Below the pieces are notes generated by a model. That model ran no database searches. It was given only the letters and a program-made list of their open reading frames with translations, and was not told the DNA's origin. A stretch of 64,000 nucleotides of DNA. Source: Candidatus Zhuqueibacterota bacterium. GTDB lineage: Bacteria > Zhuqueibacterota > Zhuqueibacteria > Thermofontimicrobiales > Thermofontimicrobiaceae. The stretch spans positions 408,983 through 472,982 of the forward strand of contig JBMOPW010000014.1 of the NCBI GenBank assembly GCA_049322915.1, read 5' to 3'. This document shows positions 19,767 through 29,404 of this stretch, piece after piece (the first letter of the stretch is position 1; each line of letters starts with the position of its first letter). The position numbers and the translations under genes were made by a program.

Positions 19767-21068
19767 ATGAATCACGTCGCATTTTTGAAAGACCGATTGG
19801 ACTGGCAACGGCGCAGCCATGTCAGCCATCGCATGATGAGCATTTTGAAACGATACGGTATCGGCGATCAGCGCATGATGCTGGCTATTTTCAGGTACCT
19901 GAAATTAGTGACGAAGTATGGAGCTGTTCCGACCTTTCCTGTGACCGCCCAGGTGGTGGCCCGGCACAGCGAGGCCATTCGCCGATTCCAGGGAATGGGG
20001 GCTGAGTTTGCAATTCACGGCTATACGCATGTCGATTATACCATGCTATCGCCGGCCGATGTGACTGAGCATTTAAGCAAAGCTGTGGAAACGTTTGTTA
20101 CCCACGGCATTCACTACAGTGGCTTTCGTTTTCCCTATTTGAAACGCAATCCCGGCCTGTTCAGCCGGTTGAGCCAATTTGGTTTTTGCTGGGACAGCAG
20201 CGACACTGCGGATTTCGACCCTGTGCCGCAGCGTCTTTTTCCTGAGAAGGATTGGCAATGCTACGAGTTCATGCGTCGGGATTATGGTCGGACGCACATG
20301 CTTACCCGTTCCCCGCTGCCTGTTTTGAAGGACAATGTGCTGGAAATCCCGGTCGCTCTGCCGGATGATGATTTGCTGGTGGACCGGCTGCTTGTCGAAG
20401 ACGTCTCGTTCATTGCAGCGTGCTGGAAAAAGATGCTGCTCACATGCTTTGAGCATGGCGAGTTATTCGTGCTGCAGCTTCACCCGGAGCGGTTTTTCAT
20501 CTGCGAACCGGCGCTGGAAGTCCTGCTGGAAATGGCGTTTCGGGCGAAATCGAAAATCTGGTCAGCCAGTTTGCAGGCGATCCACGATTGGTGGCGCGAA
20601 AAAGAGACGTTCCGGGCAGTCGTGCAGAGCCTCTCCGGAACAAGGTATGCGGTGAAAATTCACTGCACCGACCGCGGGACGCTATTGATCAAAAATGCAC
20701 GTCGCCTGAATGCCGGCGAGCCGTTGTTTGAAAACTATTACCCGACAGGCGACAGGCAATTCGAAATGGAGTGCCTTGTGAAACCGGTGATTGGCCTCTC
20801 GGACAATTCTCCTGCGTGGTTGGTGGAGCACCTTCGCGAGTCCGGGTTCATCTTCGAAATGGCGCGGCCGGAGATGCAGTACGCCGTTGATTTGACAACA
20901 GATACCGGCAGCAATTCGCTGACAATTCAGAAATTGGATCAGCGCATTCAGCAATCGCCGCATCCGCTGCTGCGGTTCTGGCGCTGGCCCAATCAGGCCC
21001 GCTGCGCCCTTTCCATCACCGGCGATATCGATTGCCTCTCGTCCATGGATTTTTACAGCCGTTTATAG
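19767..21068 (+). CDS. Polysaccharide deacetylase (CE4/NodB-like), apparently circularly permuted
   Basis: TFPV, EFAIHGYTH, GFRFPYL, EIPV, LQLHPE; the WPNQARCALSITGDID strand sits at the C-terminus. Confidence 0.75.
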   Translation: MNHVAFLKDRLDWQRRSHVSHRMMSILKRYGIGDQRMMLAIFRYLKLVTKYGAVPTFPVTAQVVARHSEAIRRFQGMGAEFAIHGYTHVDYTMLSPADVTEHLSKAVETFVTHGIHYSGFRFPYLKRNPGLFSRLSQFGFCWDSSDTADFDPVPQRLFPEKDWQCYEFMRRDYGRTHMLTRSPLPVLKDNVLEIPVALPDDDLLVDRLLVEDVSFIAACWKKMLLTCFEHGELFVLQLHPERFFICEPALEVLLEMAFRAKSKIWSASLQAIHDWWREKETFRAVVQSLSGTRYAVKIHCTDRGTLLIKNARRLNAGEPLFENYYPTGDRQFEMECLVKPVIGLSDNSPAWLVEHLRESGFIFEMARPEMQYAVDLTTDTGSNSLTIQKLDQRIQQSPHPLLRFWRWPNQARCALSITGDIDCLSSMDFYSRL

Positions 21069-21080
21069 GAGCGCTTTGTT

Positions 21081-22139
21081 GTGAGAGTTGAAATCATAAA
21101 TCCCCTCGAATCGCTTGCATGGGACCACTTTGTGGCTGAGCATCCGCTGGCGACCATTTACCATCTTTCGGCCTGGGCGCAGGTCCTGGACGCATCATTT
21201 CTGCACATCGCGCCGCGGTATTTTGTCCTGCGTAATGAGGCCGGCGGCATCGAGGCCGGTCTGCCGCTGTTTCTGGTGAAAAGCCGCATCCTCGGCAATC
21301 GGCTGGTCTCCATTCCATTCACGCCCCACTGCGATCCACTGGTGCAGGCACACGAGCAGTGGAAGGAATTGACAACTGCCGCAATCGAGTATCTGCGCGA
21401 CATTCGAGGCAATGCACTGGAACTGCGGATGCTCGCCTGTCCTGACTTCGCAGGCAGCCGCCGCTGGAGCAGCGACACCACGTATCGGACGTACGAGCTT
21501 GAATTGACCGATCGCCCGGAATCGCTCTGGCAGAATTTTCACAGGGATTGTGTGCAGCGCGCGGTGAAAAAAGCAATGAAGCGCGAGGTGCGTCTTGTCT
21601 GGGGCGAGTCGGTGCGCGACCTGCACACATTCTGCGAGCTCCTGGTCTCGACCCGGCGCGCGCATGGTTTTCCGCCGCAGCCGTTTCGGTTCTTCCAAAA
21701 TATGTGGCATGAATTATATCCTCTCGGCAAAATTGCCCTGGCTCTGGCAGTCGTTCAAAAGCGGGTGATTGGCGGCGTGCTGCTGCTCAAACATCGGGAT
21801 CGGGTTCAATACGAATTTGTCGCCTCGGATAAACGCGGATTGGAAATGCGGCCCAACCACTTCCTTGTCTGGGAGTCCATTCAAATGGCGTGCCGCGAGG
21901 GATATCGCGTATTCGATTTCGGAAAGACGCCGGACGACAATCCCGGGCTCGTTCAATTCAAAGAGCGCTGGGGCGCGGTCGCCAGGCCTCTGCTGTATTG
22001 TCGCTATTCAACCCATGAACAGGAATCGGCATTTTCCAATAAGCGGCCGGCCTATCGCTGGCTGCAAAAGTATTTTCGTCACGCGCCAGCGCCGCTGTCC
22101 AAATGGAGCGGCGCGCTGGTGTATCGTCATATCGGATGA
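21081..22139 (+). CDS. FemAB-like GNAT protein
   Basis: WDHFV..HP..TIYH, RLVSIPF, PNHFLVWESI, FDFG, GLVQFKERWG. Confidence 0.85.
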   Translation: MRVEIINPLESLAWDHFVAEHPLATIYHLSAWAQVLDASFLHIAPRYFVLRNEAGGIEAGLPLFLVKSRILGNRLVSIPFTPHCDPLVQAHEQWKELTTAAIEYLRDIRGNALELRMLACPDFAGSRRWSSDTTYRTYELELTDRPESLWQNFHRDCVQRAVKKAMKREVRLVWGESVRDLHTFCELLVSTRRAHGFPPQPFRFFQNMWHELYPLGKIALALAVVQKRVIGGVLLLKHRDRVQYEFVASDKRGLEMRPNHFLVWESIQMACREGYRVFDFGKTPDDNPGLVQFKERWGAVARPLLYCRYSTHEQESAFSNKRPAYRWLQKYFRHAPAPLSKWSGALVYRHIG

Positions 22140-22145
22140 GGAATT

Positions 22146-23351
22146 ATGGACCAGTTCAAAACGAATCGGGGAGAAAAATCGCTGCGCGCCGGGACTGGCG
22201 CCCTTGTCTGCGGTGGGCATTTTCAGGGATTGGGGGTCATTCGAAGTCTGGGACGAAAAGGCATCCCGGTAACGCTGATTGACAACGAGATGAGCATCGG
22301 CCGATTCTCCCGCTATCTTTCGGATTTCCACCGCTGTCCGGATGTGCGGGATGAATCCGAATTCCTTCAGTTCCTGATTGATCTGGCGCTGAAGGCTGGC
22401 AAAAAAGGCTGGGTGATTTTCCCGACGGACGACGAAACCGTGTACGTGCTGTCGCGATTCAGGGAGGAATTATCGCCCCATTTTCGCATCACCATCCCCG
22501 GCTGGGAGGTGATCCGCTACACGTACGAGAAAAAGAATACCTATCAGCTCGCCCAATCCATGGGAATCCCGATCCCGAAGACATGGTACCCCGGGGATGA
22601 GAGCGCGCTGGCTTCATTGCCGCTGAATTTCCCTGTGCTGTTAAAACCGTCCGTTGTGAAAAAATTTTTCAATGTGAGAAAGAAAAAAGCGTTCATTGCC
22701 CGGAATTCCGAACAGCTCTCGGTCATGTATCGCGAGATGGCCGCGGTGATTCCCGCGGATGAAATTCTGGTGCAGGAAATGATCCCCGGCGGGCCGGAGC
22801 ATTTGTACTCCTTCTGCCCGTTGGTGAATAATGGAAAAATCGCAGCCCAGGTGACGGCGCGCCGGTCGCGTCAGCATCCCATGGACTTGGGGCACGCCAG
22901 CACATTTGTGGAGACGATTCATATTCCGGAACTGGAGGCGACCAGCGCCCGATTGCTGAATCGCATCGGCTACGAAGGACTGGCGGAAGTGGAATACAAA
23001 TTCGATCCAACGACCGGCGAATACAAGCTGCTGGACATCAATACGCGCGTCTGGGGATGGCATACGCTGGCCATTCGCGCCGGCGTGGATCTGCCGTATC
23101 TGCTGTTTCAGACCATGCTCGGCGAACCGGTGACTGCGCCGGACTTTCAGGACGGGGTGCGCTGGATTCGGTTGATGACCGATGTGCCCACGGTCTTTTT
23201 TGAAATAATCAAAAGCCGGATGCAGATGAGCGTCTATCTCAAAACGCTGAGGCGTCCGATGGAATTTGCAGTGCTTTCCAAGGACGATATCCTGCCTTGC
23301 CTGGCTGAACTCGTGCTGTTGCCTTATCTTTATTACAAGAGGGGATTTTGA
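22146..23351 (+). CDS. ATP-grasp carboxylate-amine ligase (D-aspartate ligase-like)
   Basis: LGVIRSLGRKGI, FPTDD, FPVLLKP, VQEMIPG, EVEYK, DINTR. Confidence 0.85.
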   Translation: MDQFKTNRGEKSLRAGTGALVCGGHFQGLGVIRSLGRKGIPVTLIDNEMSIGRFSRYLSDFHRCPDVRDESEFLQFLIDLALKAGKKGWVIFPTDDETVYVLSRFREELSPHFRITIPGWEVIRYTYEKKNTYQLAQSMGIPIPKTWYPGDESALASLPLNFPVLLKPSVVKKFFNVRKKKAFIARNSEQLSVMYREMAAVIPADEILVQEMIPGGPEHLYSFCPLVNNGKIAAQVTARRSRQHPMDLGHASTFVETIHIPELEATSARLLNRIGYEGLAEVEYKFDPTTGEYKLLDINTRVWGWHTLAIRAGVDLPYLLFQTMLGEPVTAPDFQDGVRWIRLMTDVPTVFFEIIKSRMQMSVYLKTLRRPMEFAVLSKDDILPCLAELVLLPYLYYKRGF

Positions 23352-23352
23352 A

Positions 23353-24219
23353 ATGACTGTTTATCTTTTTGGCATGAGCATCTCGACCGCCGCGCTGCTC
23401 GTCATTCCGCTTGGCCTTGTCTGGCAATTCACAGGCCGGCACATCCGGCGGCTGCTGCTGGCCGAAACGCTGATCACTGCCGCGTTGCTGCTGAGCATTC
23501 ATCCCGGAGGGAGCGGCACAGGCCGATTGGAATTGGCGCTGATTGCCCTGTGTTCCAATGGACTGCTTACAGCGTTGATACTGGCGGTCATGTTTTTTCG
23601 GGATCCGGAACGGGATATCCCAAGTGTTTCCGGGGCCATTCTCTCTCCGGCAGATGGGCGGGTGGTTTACGTCAAAAGAATCATTGGCGGCGAAATACCG
23701 ATTGCAGTCAAAAAAGACTGTTCCATGAAGTTGACAGAATTTGCCGACGCGGAATTCCTGACCGAAGGCGGCTATCTCGTGGGCATTGGCATGAGCGTGA
23801 TGAATGTGCACGTCAATCGCGCGCCCATCGCTGGTGTCATTGCGCTGATTCGGCGACGGCCCGGCAAATTCCTGTCATTGAAAACGGACGAGGCGCTGCG
23901 GGAAAATGAGCGCGTCACCACGATCATCGACAATGGCGATATGAGGGTGGGCGTCATCCAGATCGCGTCGCGGCTGGTGCGGCGAATCGTGTCCTATCTG
24001 CCTGAAGGCAGTGATGTTGCGGCCGGCGCGCGCATCGGCAGAATCCGATTCGGGTCCCAGGTCGATGTGGTGATACCGCAACGGGAAGGTTTGAAAGTGA
24101 ATGTAACGCCAGGTCAGGAGGTGCAGGCCGGCGCCTCGATTCTGGCGATGGCTGAGATGAAAGCGCACGTGGAACGGAAATCTGAAAAAATGGTGGCTGA
24201 GGCATGTTGTCGAACCTGA
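23353..24219 (+). CDS. Phosphatidylserine decarboxylase-like proenzyme
   Basis: FFRDPER, SPADGRV, VHVNRAP, ENER, RFGSQVD pyruvoyl self-cleavage site; N-terminal TMs. Confidence 0.88.
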   Translation: MTVYLFGMSISTAALLVIPLGLVWQFTGRHIRRLLLAETLITAALLLSIHPGGSGTGRLELALIALCSNGLLTALILAVMFFRDPERDIPSVSGAILSPADGRVVYVKRIIGGEIPIAVKKDCSMKLTEFADAEFLTEGGYLVGIGMSVMNVHVNRAPIAGVIALIRRRPGKFLSLKTDEALRENERVTTIIDNGDMRVGVIQIASRLVRRIVSYLPEGSDVAAGARIGRIRFGSQVDVVIPQREGLKVNVTPGQEVQAGASILAMAEMKAHVERKSEKMVAEACCRT

Positions 24220-25544
24220 AATTGAATCGAAGGAAATTCATTCAAAGCGTGGGAGTGCTGCTGGGCGGGCTCACCACAGCCGGGCTGGAGTTCAAAGTCC
24301 AGCCAGGTGTGCAGAAATTGAATTTGTTTTTGAAGCGCGCGAAAAAGCCCTGCGCCGACCGGACTCCTTCGCATATTTTTGTGGCGCGCGGCCGGACGCC
24401 GGAGCAAAATATCGCCTGTGTCATCGACATGATGGGAGGCATCGGGAAAATCATCGGCAAAGACGACATCGTCATTTTAAAACCAAATGCCCAGTGGAGA
24501 GGCCACGGCGGCAGCAATACCGACGCCATCAAAGGGTTTATCGACCTGGTGCTGGGCATGGCCGGATTCCGGGGAGAAATTATCATCGCTGAAAATCATC
24601 ATGCTGCCGAGGATGACAGCCTGGGCTGGACGACGACTCAGCGCAACGGGCAATTCAATCTGAACGAACTGGTGCGCTATTTTAACGACAAAGGCTTTCG
24701 GAACGTGAGCAAATATCACTGGCACGACGCCGGTCCCAATCCGTACCCGCTGCAATTCCCCGGCGGTTATGGAAAGATTGTCGCCGGCCCGGATGAAGGG
24801 GACGGCTATGTCTGGACCAACGAGGTGTACGAATGGGAAGGACGGCGCAGCAAAATGACCTATCCCATTTTCACGTCAACCTACAGCAAGAAGACCATCG
24901 ATCTGAAGCATGGCGTCTGGAGGAACCGCGACTTCACCGGCCAGCCGGTGAAGCTGATCAATTTTTCCACATTGAATCACCACTCGAAGATATTCGGCGT
25001 GACAGCGTCCATCAAAAACTATCTGGGAATTGTGGACATGACCTGCGGTGTGCATGGCACAGAACCGGTCGGGTATTATAATTTTCATTACGTCGGTCTG
25101 GGCTGGTCAAAAGATCACAGTGTCGGTCGGTTTCTGGAAGCGAATCTGACGCGGCCGTCGATGCAGCAGTTCAAATTCATGATGAAAGCGATCCGCTATT
25201 TCGGCCCCGGCAACGGCGCCACTGGCGGCGCAGTCGGGCGCTTTATGCAGACCATTCGCAAGGCCGATTTGAATATCATTGCCGCGGAATACGTCGGCTA
25301 CGAAGGCCGATTGGAGCCGCCGATTCGAACGAGGACAGTGCTGGCGTCAATCGACCCGGTGGCGCTGGACTATTACGCGGCGAAACATGTGTTGCTTCCG
25401 CTGGGCGGCAGCAAGGCGAAATTTAACGATCCGGATTGGAAGGAAGGACCGTTCCGCAAGTTCCTGGAGCGGTGCCAGGGCGAGGGAGTTGGTACGTTAT
25501 GCGAAGAGGACATGATTGTGCTGGAGGAGAGTGTCGCAGTGTGA
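24204..25544 (+). CDS. DUF362-family protein with Tat signal
   Basis: NRRKFI plus hydrophobic stretch; VILKPN, T..IKNYLG, DPVALD. Confidence 0.75.
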   Translation: MLSNLKLNRRKFIQSVGVLLGGLTTAGLEFKVQPGVQKLNLFLKRAKKPCADRTPSHIFVARGRTPEQNIACVIDMMGGIGKIIGKDDIVILKPNAQWRGHGGSNTDAIKGFIDLVLGMAGFRGEIIIAENHHAAEDDSLGWTTTQRNGQFNLNELVRYFNDKGFRNVSKYHWHDAGPNPYPLQFPGGYGKIVAGPDEGDGYVWTNEVYEWEGRRSKMTYPIFTSTYSKKTIDLKHGVWRNRDFTGQPVKLINFSTLNHHSKIFGVTASIKNYLGIVDMTCGVHGTEPVGYYNFHYVGLGWSKDHSVGRFLEANLTRPSMQQFKFMMKAIRYFGPGNGATGGAVGRFMQTIRKADLNIIAAEYVGYEGRLEPPIRTRTVLASIDPVALDYYAAKHVLLPLGGSKAKFNDPDWKEGPFRKFLERCQGEGVGTLCEEDMIVLEESVAV

Positions 25545-25851
25545 CATTTGACTGGCAGAGAAATGCGGCGCCTGTTGAACATCCCTGGTAACGTGGATTT
25601 CCCCGGGTGATTTTGTGCGGAAGCAATGGTCGATTTCAAACGGAGAAGGATGAGAAAACTTTGGCTGTTGGGAAGCCGAAATACTTACCCTGATTCTCGG
25701 TCTTCTCCGCTCTTATGCCATTGTGAAATTATTGCAATCATGCCCGGTTTCGGGGCGATTGATGAGAGTGCGGCGCAGTATTTCGGCTCTTATTTAAAAA
25801 AGCAGAGGATGTAAATAGGGCGTTATTGAATTGATAAAGAAAGGCAGATGC

Positions 25852-27321
25852 ATGCGTTACAAACGGGTGTTACTGATAAATCCTTCGTTCCCCAAAGAAG
25901 GCGGCGAATTGCTGAGACCCTCGGCAGGCTTGGGTTATCTGGCCGAGTCCATCAAGAGCCGGGGGATCGAGTACGATGTGATCGATTTGAATCTGGGCTA
26001 TCGTTTCAGGCATCTGGTCAAAAAGATTGATTCTTTTCAGCCGGATTTTCTGGGCGTGACAGTGCTTTCGCTGGGCTACAAGGACGTGTATGCCATGCTT
26101 GGCCAATTAAAATCCCTGTACCCGCATATCCCGATTGGGGTCGGCGGCCCCCATGTGTCGCTGTTGAAGGAGAAGGTGCTCCGGGATTGCAGCGCCATCG
26201 ATGTAGGCGTTGTGTTTGAGGGAGAAAAAACGCTTGTCGAAATATGCCTTGGGCAAAAATCGCTGGCCGAAATACCGGGATTGATGTATCGTTCGGAACA
26301 GGGCATTGTCTACACCGGCCCGCGCGGGAACGATGACTCGCTGGATGAATTGCCTTTCCCGCGCTACGAGAAATTCGAGCTGCACAAGTATGTACACGAG
26401 CGCGTGATCATCTCCAGCCGCGGCTGTCCCTATCAATGCATTTTCTGCCCGAATAAACTGATCACGCCGGCGTTCCGGATGCGCAGTCCCCAAAATGTGG
26501 TGGAAGAGATCGAGTACTGGTACAACAAAGGATACCGTCAATTCAATTTTGACGATGATAATTTCAATCAGTCGCGGAAGCGCGTGGTTGAGATGTGCGA
26601 TTTGCTCCGGGAGCGAAACATGGAAGGTCTGCTGCTGCGCTGCTCCAATGGGCTGCGTGCGGATCGGCTGGACCGGGAAATTTTGCAGCGCATGTGGCAG
26701 GCAGGATTCCGCTATCTGGGCATTGGCGCAGATGGCGGCAATAACAAAGTGCTGAAGACTCTGCAGAAGGGCGAACGCATTGAGGATATTGAGAACGCGG
26801 TGAAATTAGCGACGGAGCTGGGCTTCGGAGTGAAGCTGTTCTTTGTGGTGGGAACGCCCGGCGAAACATGGGACGATGTGATGGATTCGGCCCGGCTGGC
26901 GCAGAAGTATCCCATTCAGCGCGTTCACTTCTACAATTTAATTCCATATCCCGGCACGAAATTATACCAGTGGGTTGATGAACATAAGCGATTCATCATT
27001 CCGCCGGAAGAATATCTGAATAATATTTCAGACCTGATTTATGTGCCTCTTTTCGAAACGCCTGAATTATCGCGCGAGCAGCGGATCGAGGCGCTGACGT
27101 ATTTGAAAGGCGTGTCCCGGCAGGTGAGCAAAAACGCCGTGAAACGGTTGTTCGAAAATTATCGCGGGCTGAACCTGGTTCTGGCATCGCTCTTTACGAC
27201 TGACCGGGTGCAGCGCTGGATTTTTCAAAATGTCCTGTTCAGAAAAATGGTTGAGATGATTCGCTATCAGAAAATAATGAGACAGAAAAATGATGAACAA
27301 GTCCGAGTTACAGGAATATGA
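25852..27321 (+). CDS. Cobalamin-binding radical SAM protein
   Basis: GLGYLA, GGPH, EGE, SRGCPYQCIFC, FDDDNF, PYPGT. Confidence 0.92.
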   Translation: MRYKRVLLINPSFPKEGGELLRPSAGLGYLAESIKSRGIEYDVIDLNLGYRFRHLVKKIDSFQPDFLGVTVLSLGYKDVYAMLGQLKSLYPHIPIGVGGPHVSLLKEKVLRDCSAIDVGVVFEGEKTLVEICLGQKSLAEIPGLMYRSEQGIVYTGPRGNDDSLDELPFPRYEKFELHKYVHERVIISSRGCPYQCIFCPNKLITPAFRMRSPQNVVEEIEYWYNKGYRQFNFDDDNFNQSRKRVVEMCDLLRERNMEGLLLRCSNGLRADRLDREILQRMWQAGFRYLGIGADGGNNKVLKTLQKGERIEDIENAVKLATELGFGVKLFFVVGTPGETWDDVMDSARLAQKYPIQRVHFYNLIPYPGTKLYQWVDEHKRFIIPPEEYLNNISDLIYVPLFETPELSREQRIEALTYLKGVSRQVSKNAVKRLFENYRGLNLVLASLFTTDRVQRWIFQNVLFRKMVEMIRYQKIMRQKNDEQVRVTGI

Positions 27322-29404
27322 GGAGTTTTCGCAGCGCAATTTTTTGGAGGTAGTCCTCAAGCGCCGCTGGATGATTGCGATCCTGTTTTTCGCCATCTTC
27401 GGCGCCGTTGTCGTCGGGACGCTGCTGATGACACCGGTGTTCAGGACGACTGCCAAGATCATCCTGGAAAAGAAGCTGGAGCAGGAAAAGTACAGCCTGT
27501 TGAATTTGCCGGGCATCATCCGCGATCCCTACGATTTTATCGCTTCGGAAATTGAAATCATCAAAAGCCGGCCGGTGGCAGAGCGCGTGGTTCGGGCGCT
27601 GCAATTGGCGCGGCGCAGCGATCCGCAGTCAACCCGCGTTTCTGAAGCGAATAACCAGTTTCAGTGGGCGATCACGGATCTCGTTGAAAAGCTGGATGTA
27701 CAGAAAGTCAAGGACACCAACGTGATCACGCTGAGCTATTGCTCCGAAGACCCGATTGTGGCAGTGAACGTTGTCAATGCGGTGATTGAGGCGTACAAAT
27801 CCGAGCGGCTGAAGATCACGGAGCGCTCGGAAAATTCGGATTATCTGGAACGGCAAATCCGCTTTTACGACAATAAAATTTGCAGCCTGATGACGCTTTC
27901 GGCGGACGTGAAACAGGAATGGGAAATGCACTCCGCGGAGCAAAAAGCCCAGACACTGCAGAACAACCTGTCGATTTTTCAGGAAAAACTGGCAGAGACC
28001 CAATCCCGGTACGATGCAAAAAGAACGCGGCTCAGTAATTTGAAAAGACAAATATCCGATGGAAATGACTTCCTGGCGTTGGATGAAGAGATGAGTCCCA
28101 CATTGGTGAATCACATCAGCAAATTAAAAGAGCAGTTGCTAACGCTGGAAGTGGAAATCACCAGGGGACTGCAAAAGTACACGCCGAAGCATAAGCTGAT
28201 CATTCGGCTTGTCGAGGAGAAAGAATACCTTCAAAGTCTGTATCAGCAGTCGCTGAGGGATTATGTGAAAAGTGAAGAGGCGTATATCCGCGTCCTGAGC
28301 GAACAAATGCACGCCTACCAATCCAGATGTCAGGAGGTTTCAAGGCAGGTGGCGGCGCTTTCGGAGCCGGAGAAAACGCAGCAGATGATCGAGCGGGACC
28401 TCGGGAGCAACCGGGAAATTTACACGATGCTTGTGAAACAGCGCGGAGAAAATCAGATATCCAACTCGAAAAAAGGCGGTGAGATAACGGTGGAAATCGT
28501 GAGTCCGCCGGACCGACCGCTGCGCCCGGCGCGACCCAATAAGCGGCTCAATTTTATGCTGGCCGGCGTGTTGGGAATGATCATCAGCACCGGCGCTGCC
28601 TTTGGCGTGGAGTATCTGGAGCATTCCTATCGCATGATTCAGAAAAAGCAATTGATGCAACATCCGCATGTGACACTGCTTCCTGCCAGCTTCCTGAATT
28701 CCTCATTGAATGGCGGGAGCGACAACTCGTCCTATCAGGAAATTTTTCAGACGCGCCGGCAATTCACCTCCTGGCCAAAAGGAGGGGCGTCGATTGCTCT
28801 GGCCATTTTGTGCGGGCTCATCCTGATTGGCGCCGTTGGGTTGGCGATTAAAATTATGCCGGCGCAGCGAAACGATGGGGAGCAATGGCGCACTGAACCG
28901 ATGGACATGGGCGAACTGGTCGAGGAAAAATTTGTGGAGATAGAAAAAACGACGACTCTTTATGAATTGCTGCTGCGGGAATTCGGGATGATCCATTCCG
29001 AACTGGTGAATGAATTGAAACAGGCCAATCCCAAGATTACTGAATCAGTGATGATACCGGCCGGTGAAAAAGTGTATCTGCCAACAAGCGCTCTCGCCAG
29101 CGATACGCGATTGAAGCGATATGCGGTGCATGTTTTTTCATTGAGAAAATTCAAGGAAGCGATTGGCCACTATGTTCGCCTGACGCAGCAGGGGTACTAC
29201 GCAGCGCTGTTTTCGGTTCGCGATACGGAGGAGGGGCAGTTTTATAAAATAACCCTGGGATCATTTGCTGCGCGGAAACAGGCCGAGGGATTCCGGCGGG
29301 AACTCCTGGCCGGGAATCGTTTCAATTACGCAGCACTGTGGGATACGGGAGAGCTGTTCAATTCCGAAAAAGGAAAGTTGGCGCTATGTTATGTTGTGCA
29401 GTAG
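27290..29404 (+). CDS. Polysaccharide co-polymerase (GumC/Wzc-like) with C-terminal LysM-like and SPOR domains
   Basis: TM1, SEIEIIKSR, long coiled coil, P-rich PPDRPLRPARP plus TM2, third TM, ANP..IPAGEKVYLP (LysM-like), YAVHVFS...YKITLGSF...AE (SPOR); no Walker A. Confidence 0.8.
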   Translation: MMNKSELQEYEEFSQRNFLEVVLKRRWMIAILFFAIFGAVVVGTLLMTPVFRTTAKIILEKKLEQEKYSLLNLPGIIRDPYDFIASEIEIIKSRPVAERVVRALQLARRSDPQSTRVSEANNQFQWAITDLVEKLDVQKVKDTNVITLSYCSEDPIVAVNVVNAVIEAYKSERLKITERSENSDYLERQIRFYDNKICSLMTLSADVKQEWEMHSAEQKAQTLQNNLSIFQEKLAETQSRYDAKRTRLSNLKRQISDGNDFLALDEEMSPTLVNHISKLKEQLLTLEVEITRGLQKYTPKHKLIIRLVEEKEYLQSLYQQSLRDYVKSEEAYIRVLSEQMHAYQSRCQEVSRQVAALSEPEKTQQMIERDLGSNREIYTMLVKQRGENQISNSKKGGEITVEIVSPPDRPLRPARPNKRLNFMLAGVLGMIISTGAAFGVEYLEHSYRMIQKKQLMQHPHVTLLPASFLNSSLNGGSDNSSYQEIFQTRRQFTSWPKGGASIALAILCGLILIGAVGLAIKIMPAQRNDGEQWRTEPMDMGELVEEKFVEIEKTTTLYELLLREFGMIHSELVNELKQANPKITESVMIPAGEKVYLPTSALASDTRLKRYAVHVFSLRKFKEAIGHYVRLTQQGYYAALFSVRDTEEGQFYKITLGSFAARKQAEGFRRELLAGNRFNYAALWDTGELFNSEKGKLALCYVVQ

